Assembly: GCA_951406725.2 (NCBI GenBank)
Contig: OX597836.1
Span: 32,922,001-32,986,000, forward strand
DNA: 64,000 nucleotides
Direction of reading: 5' to 3'
Source of the DNA: Octopus vulgaris
Lineage: Eukaryota
Under the pieces are notes generated by a model. It saw nothing but the letters and a program-made list of their open reading frames with translations. It did no database searches and was not told the DNA's origin. The position numbers and the translations under genes were made by a program. Positions 40,903-53,767 of the stretch are shown here, one piece after another (positions within the stretch are counted from its first letter, which is position 1; each line of letters starts with the position of its first letter).

Positions 40903-41135
40903 AGGCGGCAAGCTTGCAGAAACGTTAGCACACCGGGCAAAATGCGTAGCTGTATTTCCTCTGCCATTACGTTCTGAGTTCAAATTCCGCCGAGGTCTAC
41001 TTTGCCTTTCATCCTTTCGGGGTCGATAAATTAAGTACCAGTTAAGCACTGGGGGTCGATGTAATCGACTTAACCCCTTTGTCTGTCCTTGTTTGTCCCC
41101 TCTGTGTTTAGCCCCTTGTGGGTAGTAAAGAAATA
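40903..41135 (+). mobile_element. Family B SINE, full length, with TSD atatctatgtatata
   Basis: Very similar to 59194-59428. The direct repeat is at about 40886 and 41137. Confidence 0.85.
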
Positions 41136-41141
41136 TATATC

Positions 41142-41177
<36 letters not shown>

Positions 41178-41642
41178 CTAATAACAAAGTGTGGAAATGA
41201 ATGTGCAACACTGCATTAGTGAATAAATTTTCTTTATTTGTGGGTTAACAAGGCAACCAATGATTTCATATGAAGAAATTTTCACAGTTGTTCAAGCATG
41301 TTACTCATCTTCATTTTAGATGGGAATACATGATGTTACATGAGAGTAAACAGGATTTCAAAATAAATACACTAATCACAGGAGGTAACATAAATATCTT
41401 AACTGTTTTCTCTTTTGCATTAGCTCTGGATTTTTACAAGAAGTCATGTTCACAATAGTTTTATTAATTCCTTGATTATCTTATGTGTGAATACTTTTTC
41501 AAAAATCCAGGATTAAAGCAAGTGTGATGACAATTAAGATATTCTGATTGCATCCTAATATAACACTACTCAAAAAAAGGAACTACTACGTGGTTTCTTG
41601 ATCTGCTAAAAATAGTAGTTAAATGTCTAGAAAATTATACCA

Positions 41643-42420
41643 GGCACAGGTGTGACTGTGTGGTAAGAAGCTTGCTTCCTGACCACATGGTTCCAGGTTC
41701 AGTCCCACTGCATGGCACCTTGGGCAAATGTCTTCTTACTATAGCCTCAGGCTGACCAAAGCCTTGTGAGTGGATTTGGTAGACAGAAACTGAAAGAAGC
41801 CCATCGTATATATTTACGTGTGCATGTGTCTGTGTTTGTACCCCCACCACTACTTGACAACCAATGCTGATGTGTTTATGTCCTTGTAACATAGCTGTTC
41901 AGCAAAAGGATACCAATAGAATAAGTACTATACTCTTTACTCTTTTTTACTCTTTTACTTGTTTCAGTCATTTGACTGTGGCCATGCTGGAGCACCGCCT
42001 TTAATCGAGCAACTCGACCCCGGGACTTATTCTTTTGTAAGCCCAGTACTTATTCTATCGGTATCTTTTGCCGAACCGCTAAGCGACGGGGACATAAACA
42101 CACCAGCATCTGTTGTCAAGCGATGCTAGGAAACAAACACAAACACACACATAAACACATATATATATACATATATACGACGGGCTTCTTTCAGTTTCCG
42201 TCTACCAAATCCATTCACAAAGCTTTGGTCGGCCCGAGGCTATAGTAGAAGACACATACCCAAGGTGCCATGCAGTGGGACTGAACCCAGAACCATGCGG
42301 TTGGTAGACAAGCTACTTACCACACAGCCACTCCTGCGCCTATGTTTACAAGGAATAAGTCCTGGGGTTGATTTCTTCCAGCATGGCCTTAGTCAGATGA
42401 CCGCAACAAGTAAAAGAATA
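41643..42420. mobile_element. Family A SINE (+) with a full inverted family A copy (41932-42320) inserted into it
   Basis: The host breaks at gaataagtacta and resumes at ttacaaggaataagtcctgggg. Confidence 0.85.
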
Positions 42421-43048
42421 CAAGAACACTATTTTGGAAAGAGAATGACACGTTAGATTGGATACTGCAGTCCTAAATTGTGGTTTGGGCATGGGTGGAA
42501 TGGCTTTGACCATAGGACTACTCAGTCAGAACTGTCCAGGGTCTAAATAACAACACACACACATACAGAAGAGGGGATGAAGGAGAATGAAAATGAGGAG
42601 GAGGAAGAACCCGGAGAGGCAGAAGAGGAGGAAGGAAATGAGGAGAAGGAGAAGGCAAAAGGAGGAGGAGGAAAATGAAAAGGGGGAAGAGAAAAGGAAG
42701 GAGTAGGAATAAGTTGTGCCCCAGCTGCAGCAGTAACCACATAATTATGTTGCCAAGTGAGCTCTGCTTCAATACTTCAATCAGCTGGTATCTGTCTACA
42801 CCTCTCTTTCTTTTTCTCCTTTTCTCTCTCTCGCTCTTTTTCCCTTTCTCTCTATCTCTCTCCCTACTACTCTCTTCATGCCTTCACAATATGTGTTTGT
42901 AATACAACCACCAACAACCACCTCCACCACCACCACCACCACCATTGTTAATAGTAACCCTAATCTTTGCCACTGTCCCTCTGGAACATCCATCCTTTAC
43001 AGTCTTGGTCCCCCGTTGTCATCTTTCCTCCACACTGTTTTCTTTTGT

Positions 43049-43232
43049 CATTACCCTTTATCTCTCTCTCTCTCCCTCTCTTACTCCCTCTCACTCCTTC
43101 TCCCTCTCTGCTCTCCCAATTACTCTCTCCCGCTTGTCTTTTCATTACCCTTTATCTCTCTCTCTCTCCCTCTCTTACTCCCTCTCACTCCCTCTCCCTC
43201 TCTGCTCTCCCAATTACTCTCCCCCGCTTGTC
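43049..43232. repeat. Tandem duplication of a CT-rich unit of about 92 bp
   Basis: cattaccctttatctctc…cccaattactctc…cccgcttgtc occurs twice. Confidence 0.9.
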
Positions 43233-43339
43233 CAACTTGCTCTTCTTTTCCACTATTTTTACCATACTCCAAACTAAAAAATAAAATAGATGTCAGAGCT
43301 CAATCAATAGTAATAAAAATAACAATAATAATGATTTCA

Positions 43340-43740
43340 AATTTTGGCAGAGGGCCAACAGGTTTTAAGGGGAGGGGGAAAGTTGATTATATCAGCCCCA
43401 ATTCTTGCTGGTAATTATTCTATTGTCCCCAGTGTTCAACTGGTACTTATTTTATCAAAAGAATAAAAAAGCAAAATCGACCCTGATGGAATTTGAACTC
43501 AGAACATAAAGACAGATGAAATGCCTCTTTAATAATAATTGTTTCAAATTTTGGCACAATGCCAGCAATTTAGGGGGTGGGGTTAAGTCGATTTAAGCAA
43601 CTCCAGTGTTCAACTGGTACTTATTTTATCAACCCCCCCCCCCAAAGAATGAAAGACAAAGTCAAACCCAGCGGCATTTGAACTCAGGACATTAAAGCTG
43701 GTAGAAATACCGCTAAGCATTTTTGCCAGCTCAATGAAGA
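43340..43740 (-). mobile_element. Two family B SINE copies
   Basis: Repeated ccagtgttcaactggtacttattttatc…tttgaactcag. Confidence 0.7.
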
Positions 43741-43994
43741 TCCATAATCTACAGCAGAAGTGTTAAGGCCCCTCCCCCTGGAGAAGAGGATTGGCCTGCA
43801 AGAGTCATGTGACTGTGCCATGTAAAAATCAATCATGCCAGTGATACATGAAAGTGCCTGTGTGGTGCCATGTAAAAGTGCCTTGTGCACTCTGTAAAGT
43901 TGTTGGTATTAGGAAGGGCATCCAGCTGTAGAAACCAGTCCTAGAAATCAGACTGGGGTCTGGTGCAGCTCTCCAGCTTGCCAACACTTGTTAA

Positions 43995-44216
43995 CCCTTT
44001 AGCGTTCGCATTATTCTGCCAAAATTAATCCTTTTTTATCCACATTGCTTTGAACTAATCATGCATTGTCTTGTAGCTATGAGATTTTGATGAGGTAGCT
44101 GTTAATTTTTAAAAACGATATTGTAGGGTTGGTGTGAAAGACCAGATCTGGCCAGTTTGAACATAAAACAGGCAGAATACTTCTTGCCGGATATGGCCAG
44201 TTTAAATGCTAAAGGG
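43995..44216. mobile_element. piggyBac-type MITE (222 bp) with TTAA target duplication, nested in a family C element
   Basis: TTAA-CCCTTTAGC…GCTAAAGGG-TTAA. The host sequence is continuous across the TTAA. Confidence 0.88.
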
Positions 44217-45529
44217 TTAAACTGTTCAACCTTTGCCAGCATGGACAACAGATGTTGAATGATGAAGATGAGCCTTTCTGATATAAAGCACAAAGCCTGA
44301 AATTTAGGTGGAGGGCATAAGTCAATTTATGAAAGGCAAAGTTGGCTTCGGTGGAATTTGAACACAGAATGAAATTTCACGAAGCATTTTATCCAGTGTG
44401 CTAACAATTCTGCCAGCTCACTGCCTTAATTATGATGATGATGGTGATGGGGATGATGATAGTAATAATAATTATAATAATAGTAATAATAATAGTCTCT
44501 CAGAAACAATGGTAAAGAAACTTGCCCAAGATGTCATATTATATTGCACCAAGCAGGAACATAATTATGAGGGAAACTTCTTAAAAGCTCAGCCATGTGA
44601 GAGATGCTGGAGAAATAGTTGAAAGACGCAGAGAAATAGCAATAAGAGATTTGTAGTTTGGAAGAAGCTGGATGCTGTTAGATGAGGAAACATTAGCTAA
44701 AAACATCTGGGAGATTAAAAAGAAGATGTTACGTTCTACTTTTATTCAACCGATGATGGTATTTTAATTTTCAAACAATAACAGACAAAAGCATGTTTGC
44801 TAAATCGTTGATGACGGTGCACAACATGTTTCTAAACTGTTTCACATTCAATTTTCCATGTTTGCATGGGTGGGATAGTTTATTCGCTGGAACAATTGTT
44901 TTTGCAGCTGGATGGTCTTTCTCTTTCTAGCCTACTACAAACCACTCAGACGTGAAGCTAGAGGAATGGAACCCGTTTCTTTCTGTTTATTTTTGTCCTT
45001 CAAATCTGGCACCACATGAAGCTTGTTGTGAGCGAAATTTAGCATTTATGATGATGAGCAATATGCAACACTCCCTTCCAGTCGCTCCAACCGTAAGGCC
45101 TCACTATCACTTTGGAGCTCACTTGGTGAGAGTATATCCTTAACATAGCTAAAGGACCACATCTTTAAAATCGGATCTTCTCTTAAGAGACAGAAAATTC
45201 ATCAGTCCCAAACGATATTATGCTCACACTTAAATATTGGTTTTGAGTTTTGGCACAAGGCCAGCAAGCTGGATCAATGTGAAATATGAGGGAAGCTGCT
45301 AAAAAGTTCTTGGCTCTAAAGACATCGCGAAAGGCCTTGCTGGAGGCCCAATCTTCTGAGTTCCTTTACAGGGTCTAGAAAAACTGAAGGAATGCTGCAA
45401 AAAGTGTGGGGATCATAATTGATCCTCCTGTATTTTCTTTTACCGAAAACCAGGAACTTTTCAGCACCCCATCATATAGGAGTGGCTGTGTGGTAAGTAG
45501 CTCACTTACCAACCACATGGTTATGTTCA

Positions 45530-46138
45530 GACCCTTCTGAAGTTCCAAGTGTTATATATACAAAATTTCCTGCAACTGTCTTGGTTTTCAGGGCTGTCAG
45601 CAATGAAGGACATGTGATGCCTCCTTACTTCTTTACACAAGGCCTTAAAGTTAACTCTGCCACCTACACTGAGGTCCTGAAATAATTGTTAAGCCCTGGA
45701 TAGACAGTGTATGCAATGGAAGACCATATGTGTTTCAGTAAGGAATGGATAGCCGAAAATTTTCATGATCACATAACCCCTAACATTTGGCCTCCTAATT
45801 CCCCAGACCTCAATCCATTGGACTATTAAATGTGGAGCATTGTTGAAAGAGAAGTCAATGAATATGCCCATAACACCAAAGATTCTTTGGAAATTGACAT
45901 AGTCAGAGGAATGTCCAAAATGAACCAGGACTGCTGGATTCAAGCATGTAGGTGATTTAGATCTTATATAGAAGCAGTTGTTGAAGCTGAAGGTGGCTTT
46001 ATTGAATAACATTATAGAAAAGATGGTTTATTTTTATCCTCATAGCATTTTTTGATAAATAAAGTTATTACCTGTTATGATATCTCTGTTTTTTTATAAA
46101 CATAAATCTGTCCTCAAATATCTTACGCATCTTGTATA
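45530..46138 (+). mobile_element. Degenerate Tc1-like transposon, 3' half
   Basis: KFPATVLVFRAVSNEGHVMPPYFFTQGLKVNSATYTEVL…KPWIDSVCNGRPYVFQ…WPPNSPDLNPLDY*MWSIVEREVN…IEAVVEAEGGFIE*, with stops, frameshifts and a deletion, ending in a TIR-like sequence before TA. Confidence 0.85.
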
Positions 46139-46279
46139 TATATGTACGTATATATACTGTATATGTATATATGTATATATATATATATTCACACACACAC
46201 ACACACACATACATATATATATATACATACATACATACATATATACATATATATTTGTGTATGTCTATATATATTATTA

Positions 46280-46411
<132 letters not shown>

Positions 46412-47149
46412 CGTGCATACACACACACCCGCACTCATACACATATCGCACTCATGTTCAGGTGGAAACACGAATCAACCCCTTTTTCCTCCCACCTTTT
46501 TCCATGCTTTTACAACTCTTTTTTTTCAATTTTTATTCTTTTTTTTTTAACATTTTGTTTATTACAAATTGTAAATAATCTCAGTTGAAATTCTTAAAAT
46601 AAACTTCTTAAATCTTCCAACGATTCTATATTAAACTTGGAAGAATTTCAACAAAAAAAAAATAGAAAAAGCAAACAAATGACAACAAATAAATAAATCA
46701 TCTTCATCATCATCAACATCATCACAATCATCCTCTTCCTGCTCATCGTCATTATCATCATTATTATCATCAACATCATCATCATCAACATAATTATCAC
46801 CACCACCATCATCCTCTGCCTCCGCCTCCACCTCATCATCATCAATATCATCATCATCCTCCCGCTCCTCCTCCTCCTCCATCATCATCATCATCCTTAC
46901 CACTACCACCACCACCACTACCATCCCCCTCCATATCATCACCATCGTTATTATTAACATCATCATTAACATCACCATCTAATAATAATAATAATAATAA
47001 CAATAATAATGATGATAATGACAATGATAATAATAAGTCTGTTTAATAAAAATAATTATAATAATGATGATGATTAATAATAATAATTATAATAATGATG
47101 ATGATAATAATAATAATTAATAATAATAATTATAATAATGATGATGTTG

Positions 47150-47180
<31 letters not shown>

Positions 47181-47405
47181 TGATAATGATAATGATAACG
47201 ATGACGATGATGATGATGATGATAAGAACAATAATAATAATAGTCAAATTCCAGCTTTTATCGCCTCCCTCAATATCGTCACTTGCCGCCACCCGAAATG
47301 TAACTGACTTGCAGTAGCATTGAAGCGACTAAAAACTCAGGGTAGTTAGGTATTATCTTTCATTTACAAGTGATGCAAAATTTCTTTCTTTTTTTTTTTT
47401 TCCGG

Positions 47406-47445
<40 letters not shown>

Positions 47446-47829
47446 TTTAAAGAGCTGGATCTTCAATGTGATAAACATTGCACATATCTTTCAATAGTCT
47501 GCGAGAGTTTTCTGAAATATATAAAAAAAAAAAAAAAAAAAAAAAAGGAAAAAAAAAAAAAAAGAAAGCACTATGCTTATGTCTCGTTCCAAATGGTGTC
47601 ACAGCTGGAGGTTTCTAAAATACGCCAAGCTGTTTGCCTTTCGGCTAAATGTTTATCTGCCTTCGACTTAGCTTCTGCCTCCTCGAAAAAAAAAAAGAAG
47701 AAAATGAAAAAGGAAAAGAAAGAAAGAAACCCCCGAAAGAAATGCATTTCTTCAAAATTCTCTTTTAAGGAATTCTGCATTCTGCTTCCAAATTCTGTTC
47801 TGCCATCATGCAGGTTTTGCTTCATTTTT

Positions 47830-48620
47830 GTGTGTGTGTGTGTGTGTGGGTGTGTGTGAAAGTGGGTGCATGTGTGTGTGTGCATGTGTGCAAATGTGTA
47901 CGAGTGTGTGTATGTGTGAAAGTGTGTGTATGTGTGTGTGAAAGTGTGTGCATGCATGTGTGTGTTTGAGATTGTGTATGCATATATGTGAATGTGTATG
48001 AGTGTGTGTGTCTGATTGTGTGTGCATGCATGTGTGTGTGTGAGCTTGTGTATGCATATATGTGAATGTGTATGAGTGTGTGTGTGAAAGTGTGTGTGTG
48101 CATGTATGAAAGTGTGTGCATGTGTGTGTGTGTGTGTGCATGTATGCATATGAGTTTGTGTATGTTTGTATGCGAATGTGTATGTGCGTGTGTGTGTGCC
48201 TGTGCCTGTGTGTATGTATGTATGTGTGTGCATGTGATTGTGTGTATGTAGGCATATGTGCATGTGTGTGTGTGTGAGTTTGTGTATGTGTGTGTGTGAG
48301 TGTGTATGAGTGTGTGAGGGTGTGTGTGCATATGGTGTGAGTTTTTGCGTATGCATGAGTATGTGTGAGTTTATATACATGTGAGCATGTGTGTGTGTTT
48401 TTGCGTGAATGGGTATGTATGAGTGTGCGCATAAGTTTGTGCATGTATGAGTGTGTGTGTGTGTGTGTGCGCATGCGTGTGCACATGTGTGTGAGTGTGG
48501 TGTATTAGTGTGTATGTATGTGTGTATGCATATGCATGTGTGAGTGTGTATGTGTATGAGTGAGATAGAATATGCATGTCTGCTTGTATTCATGTGTGTG
48601 TAGGTGTGTATGCGTTTATA
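47830..48620. repeat. Degenerate (TG)n/(TGTA)n tract
   Basis: Read directly. Confidence 0.9.
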
Positions 48621-48850
48621 CGTAAATGTTCCAGTACTCTTAATACAATGTAACAATCCAACAAAAAATCTTCTCGTGAAGTCACTTACCCTGCTAGAAA
48701 TAACAGCCAAGTTTCCTTCGTCAAGGGTCTTCATCAGTCAGGATTGACCATGTATCTGTTTTTGCATGGACAGGTTTAGACAAAGGTACAAGGTATATTC
48801 TAGAAGCTTTCAGCCATTTTCAGAGAAGACATTTATAAATTTCAAAGAAC

Positions 48851-49925
48851 TACAAAGTCGCATCAAAAGGTCCCCAGACTTGTTCTGTAGTGCGCCAACA
48901 GATGGCAGTGCATGGTTGTGTGCACAGTGAGAGCTAGCAATGACTTTCATGAGGCAGTGTGCTGGGTGACATTTTTTTTGTGATCACATGTTTGCTGTAG
49001 TGTGCAATTTTTGTCATGGACAGGAAGTTGGAAGAAAGAGCCAACGTGAAATTTTGCACTAAATTTGAGAAGTCTGCTACAGAGACATTGAGCATTCTCC
49101 AGCAAGCTTACAAATGATGTGGCACTGGGTCATATGCAACGTTTTGTGTGGCACAGGCACTTCAAAAGTGGAAGAATGTCTCTGTAAGACGATGAGCAAT
49201 CTAGAAGACCTGCCACAAGGGTCACCCCCAGAAATGTGGTATTGTGCATTGAGAACTTGTTCCCCAGGACCAGACCATCACTCAAGAGTTCTACTGCGAT
49301 GATATGAACCATCTGAGGGAAGACATTTGGCAAAAACGACTGGGTCTGTGGGATGCAAAGAATTGGATTTTTCATGACGACAATGCATTCTGTAACCAAG
49401 CTCTCCTCACTCGTAAGTTTCTCACCAAAAACAACATGGCATCACTTCTGCAACCACCCTATTCGCCAAATTAAGCACCTGCAGACTTCCATCTCTTCCC
49501 CAAGATGAAAATGCAGCTCAAAGGTCACCATTGTAATACTGCTGTTGAGATCCAGAGTGAATCACAGAAGGTCCTTGACTTGCTTACAGAAAATAACTTC
49601 CAGGCCAGATTCCAAAAGTAGCAAGAATGCTGGGACCACTGTATTGCTGTGCAAAGTAACTATTTCAAAGAAAAGGATGTCAAAACTTAGGTTAATAAGT
49701 TATTTTTTATTAAACATAACTTCCCAAGTTTAATGTAAAATTTCAATTTTGGCTCTTTGTTCCGTGTGATCACTAAGACATGTGATCACAAAACCACAAG
49801 TTTCAAAACTTGTGAAGTAAACACAGCGATGCCACCCAGCACACTGCCTCATGAAGGTCACTGCTAGCACTCACTAGGCACACAACTGTGTGCTGCCATC
49901 TGTTGGCATACTACAGAACTAGTGT
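48851..49925 (+). mobile_element. Internally deleted mariner element with long (about 95 bp) inverted repeats
   Basis: MDRKLEERANVKFCTKFEKSATETLSILQQAY…WHRHFKSGRMSL*DDEQSRRP…WIFHDDNAFC…QPPYSPN*APADFHLFPKMKMQLKG (mariner HDNA and YSPDLAPxD motifs). 48878-48972 is the approximate reverse complement of 49829-49923. Confidence 0.88.
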
Positions 49926-50705
49926 CTGAAAAATTCAACATCCTTGCTGGAAAATATGGTGTGTATGTGCATAAGACAGATGGGTGCAATTTGAAAGAGA
50001 TTTAGCTGCTATTTCTAACAGGTCTAATGACAATGTAGAGGTTTCCTTCATCAGCTCATGCATACATACAGTCTTTTATGACATACAAGTCAATGTAGAG
50101 TGTAGGGTAAACATATTGTAAATATTCAGACATCGTCACTATCTTTCCAAATCCTGTTCCATTTCACATGGAATTTTTGGTCCTCCAAAGTTGTCTTGGT
50201 GTATAAGTCAACTTGGCCATTTTGGCTGCAAATTTTGGTCTGAAAAATTCGATTTGTATGCTGGGAAATATAATATGTTTTTTGCATCATCTGTATGTGT
50301 CCATTTTGTTAAGTTTTTATGAATAAATAGCATCTCAGATTAGCAGAAACTGTTAGTTCTGGTTGCAAGCATTATTTTTCAGATGGCTGAACAGGGATGC
50401 CAGAAAGCAAAGCCCTGAGGCATTATTCAAAAATCTCAGGGGAAACCTTAGTTTAATTCTGTATGCTTTTTTAGGGGACTGTTATGTAATTGTGGGTGTT
50501 TAGAAGCTAAACTGTTGATGAATATTTTCCTGATGTGAGATTTTGGGTTATAGCATCAGATAGTAATTCAAATTACCCCTCTTCTTTCGTGTATATAAAT
50601 ATATATAAATATATGTAGAAGGTTGAAAAGGAACACATGAGTTGATATATATATGGAAAAAAAGTCAAGGTAGAAAATGGTAAAATAATTTTAGAAAAAA
50701 CATTT

Positions 50706-50975
50706 TTCAGCTGTAAGTATGGAAAACAATTAAATTTTGGAAAAATTAAAAGAATATTTGCATAGTATTCAAATACAAGAGGCATTTTCCTTGTTTCTGC
50801 TTGTCTCTGTCCCTTGTTTACTTGACCTCAAACTCACAAGAGGAAACAAGAGGGACAGAGACAGGCAGAAACCAGGAAAATGCCCCTTGTATTTGAATGC
50901 TTTGCAAATATTCTTTTAAAATACTTCTCATTTAATTTTTCCAAAATTTAATTGTTTTCCATTCTTACAGTTGAA
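50706..50975. repeat. Long fold-back palindrome with arms of about 120 bp
   Basis: 50706-50824 is the reverse complement of 50837-50975, with a few substitutions and one short insertion in the right arm. Confidence 0.9.
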
Positions 50976-51128
50976 ACCGGTACTGAAATGTGCTTAGCTT
51001 TACATACGTCTCATCAGACCCTAGGGTATGTATGTGTATGTAAAAAAAAAGAAACTTCATTTGCTTTTATTTATTAATGCTTTCATTAATATTGAATTAA
51101 TTTTTTACCTGGAGTTGGTGGCATATGT

Positions 51129-51146
51129 CCACAGTAGGTGGCGCTA
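51129..51146 (+). promoter_or_regulatory. Candidate CTCF-binding motif
   Basis: ACAGTAGGTGGCGC (51131-51144) matches the CTCF core CCASYAGRKGGCRS at 13 of 14 positions, in very AT-rich context. Confidence 0.45.
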
Positions 51147-51147
51147 G

Positions 51148-51408
<261 letters not shown>

Positions 51409-51631
51409 TAACCTTTGCCATCGTTGGTTCATTTATTTTCTTTTTTCCAAGGCTTGCTTGGGTAATTCAGGTCTTCTCTACCATGGAGTATAGCTACTTG
51501 ATGTTGTCCTTTACCATGGGGACCAACCTTCTGAGGTCGAGTTTCACCGCTTCTACCCTAGCTGCCTTTTGCAGGTTCCTTTCACCTGGATCATGCTGCT
51601 CTTATTTTTTACCCAGCTGTTATCTTCCTTC

Positions 51632-52050
51632 TGTACCACATGTATTTATGTACCACAAGTTGATATGTACCTCATGTCCATATCTGCCTCATGTTCATAG
51701 GTACTTCATATCCCTCTGTACCACATGTCCACATGAACTGCATGTCCATATGTACCACATGTCTTTATGTACCTCATACCTATATGTACCACATTTCCAT
51801 ATGTAACACATATCAAGGAGGCAAACATTTCCATATGTAACACATGTCCATGTGTACCACATATCCATATGTATCACATGCATATCTACCACTTGTTCGT
51901 AAGTACCTCATTTCCATATGTACCACTTGCCCTTATTTCCATATGTACCACATCTCCATATGTACTACATGTCCATATGTACCACTTGTCTTTATGTACC
52001 TCGTTTCCATATATACCACATGTCCATATGTTCCCCATTTCCATATGTTC
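51632..52050. repeat. Degenerate 17-bp minisatellite (TGTACCACATGTCCATA)n
   Basis: About two dozen recurrences of the unit or close variants. Confidence 0.85.
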
Positions 52051-52331
52051 TATGAGCAGGTTTCGCCATGACAACTTTCTTTGTGATTGTCAATGCAACG
52101 ATCACACACTACACACCTTCCTTCCAAGCACTGCTGCAAACAGCAGAAGTGAGCTAGAATGTTAAAACTTAGTGTGCCTGCACAACAGAGCTCAAGGTCA
52201 ATTTGTGCCAAGTTGCTTTACTCTGCGTGCTTTAGGTTCATAACTATGGCAACAGTCCAGATACTTATTGATCAAACCACGTATATTTGTGTGTGTGGTG
52301 TGTGTATGGCATCTGTATGTATGTATATGTG

Positions 52332-52383
<52 letters not shown>

Positions 52384-52417
52384 TAGATATAGATATATAT
52401 ATAGATATGTATATATA

Positions 52418-52474
<57 letters not shown>

Positions 52475-53399
52475 AGGTATGTTGATGCAAACAGGGAAAA
52501 TATAACTCAAAGTAAGATTATATATATATTCTTATTAATATTTAACAGAGTGACTCAAGTTTTGCGTATTTGTGCACTTACGCATCCACATATACCCAGG
52601 TACTATGACATACATTTATATAAGCATATTTATATATGTATATAATTATATGTACATATGTGTATATGCATGTGTATATATATTTATGTGTGTGTATATA
52701 TATATCTATATATATATCTACATATATATATACATATATATATATGTGTCAATAGATGCATATAGACAAATATACACACACACAGAGGCAAACACATATA
52801 TGTATATGAACATGTATGTGTGGTGTGTGTCTGTGTACATGAGTCTGAGTGTGTGTATATGTGTGTGTGTATGTATGTATGTACACACACACACACACAC
52901 ACAAGTATACACACACACACACACATAGGCTCAGCAAAATGGTAACATAATTACTTACCTCACATCATCTAAGTTATGTTGCAAATAACAAATTTCTTTT
53001 CCTCTTGTTTTTCTCATTCCAGTAAGGTGTGTGTGTGTGTGTGTGCATGGAGACATAGCTATGTGGGTAAGAAGTTTGCTTTGCAACCAGATGGTTTCAG
53101 TTCAATCCCAACGTCTGGAACATTGGGACAAATGTCTTCTACGATAGCTATGAACTGACCAAAGCTGTCTGAGTGGATCTGATTGATACAAACTGAAAGA
53201 AGCTTGCATGTGTGTGTGTGGGTACATGTATGTATGTGCATGTGAGTGTGTGTGTATGTGAGTGTGTGTGTGTATGTGCATGTGTCAGTGTATGTCTATA
53301 TGTGTGTGCACGTGCGTATGTGTGTGCGTGCATGTGTGCATCTCTGTATGTATGTTCGTGTGTATGTTTGTTTGTGTGTGTGTGTGTGTAGTAATAAGT

Positions 53400-53765
53400 T
53401 AGTATGTTCCCTCCAAAGAACCCTCCAAAGAACCCTCCAAAGTATCCTAGCTGTCCTTAATAACCCTGCTTTCTGGAGCTGTACTAAACTGGGTTTTATG
53501 TCTATTTCCTCTATCCATCTGTTCAGATCTTTAGGGATAGTTCCCAATACCCCTATAACTACCGGGATACATTTTACCTGCACTTTCCATAGTTTCTGTA
53601 ATTCAATAGCCAGGTCCTGGTGCTTTGCTATTTTTTCTATACCTCTCATATTGATTTCTTCATCATTTGGGACTGTAAAGTCAATTATCTGGCATTTTCT
53701 ATTCTCTTTATTTTCTACTACTAAACCAGGCTTTCTAGCTTCTATTACTCTGTCAGTCTGAATGT
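53400..53765 (-). mobile_element. R4/Dong-like LINE 3' fragment (RLE domain), copy 1
   Basis: IQTDRVIEARKPGLVVENKENRKCQIIDFTVPNDEEINMRGIEKIAKHQDLAIELQKLWKVQVKCIPVVIGVLGTIPK…QLQKAGLLRTARIL matches the PD-(D/E)xK-type restriction-like endonuclease end of R4-clade elements. Confidence 0.85.
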
Positions 53766-53767
53766 TA

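Noticed and set aside
50970-51020. GAAACCGGTA and TCATCAG near the long hairpin as a possible hammerhead
   Set aside because: The two core halves are on opposite strands and cannot form one ribozyme.
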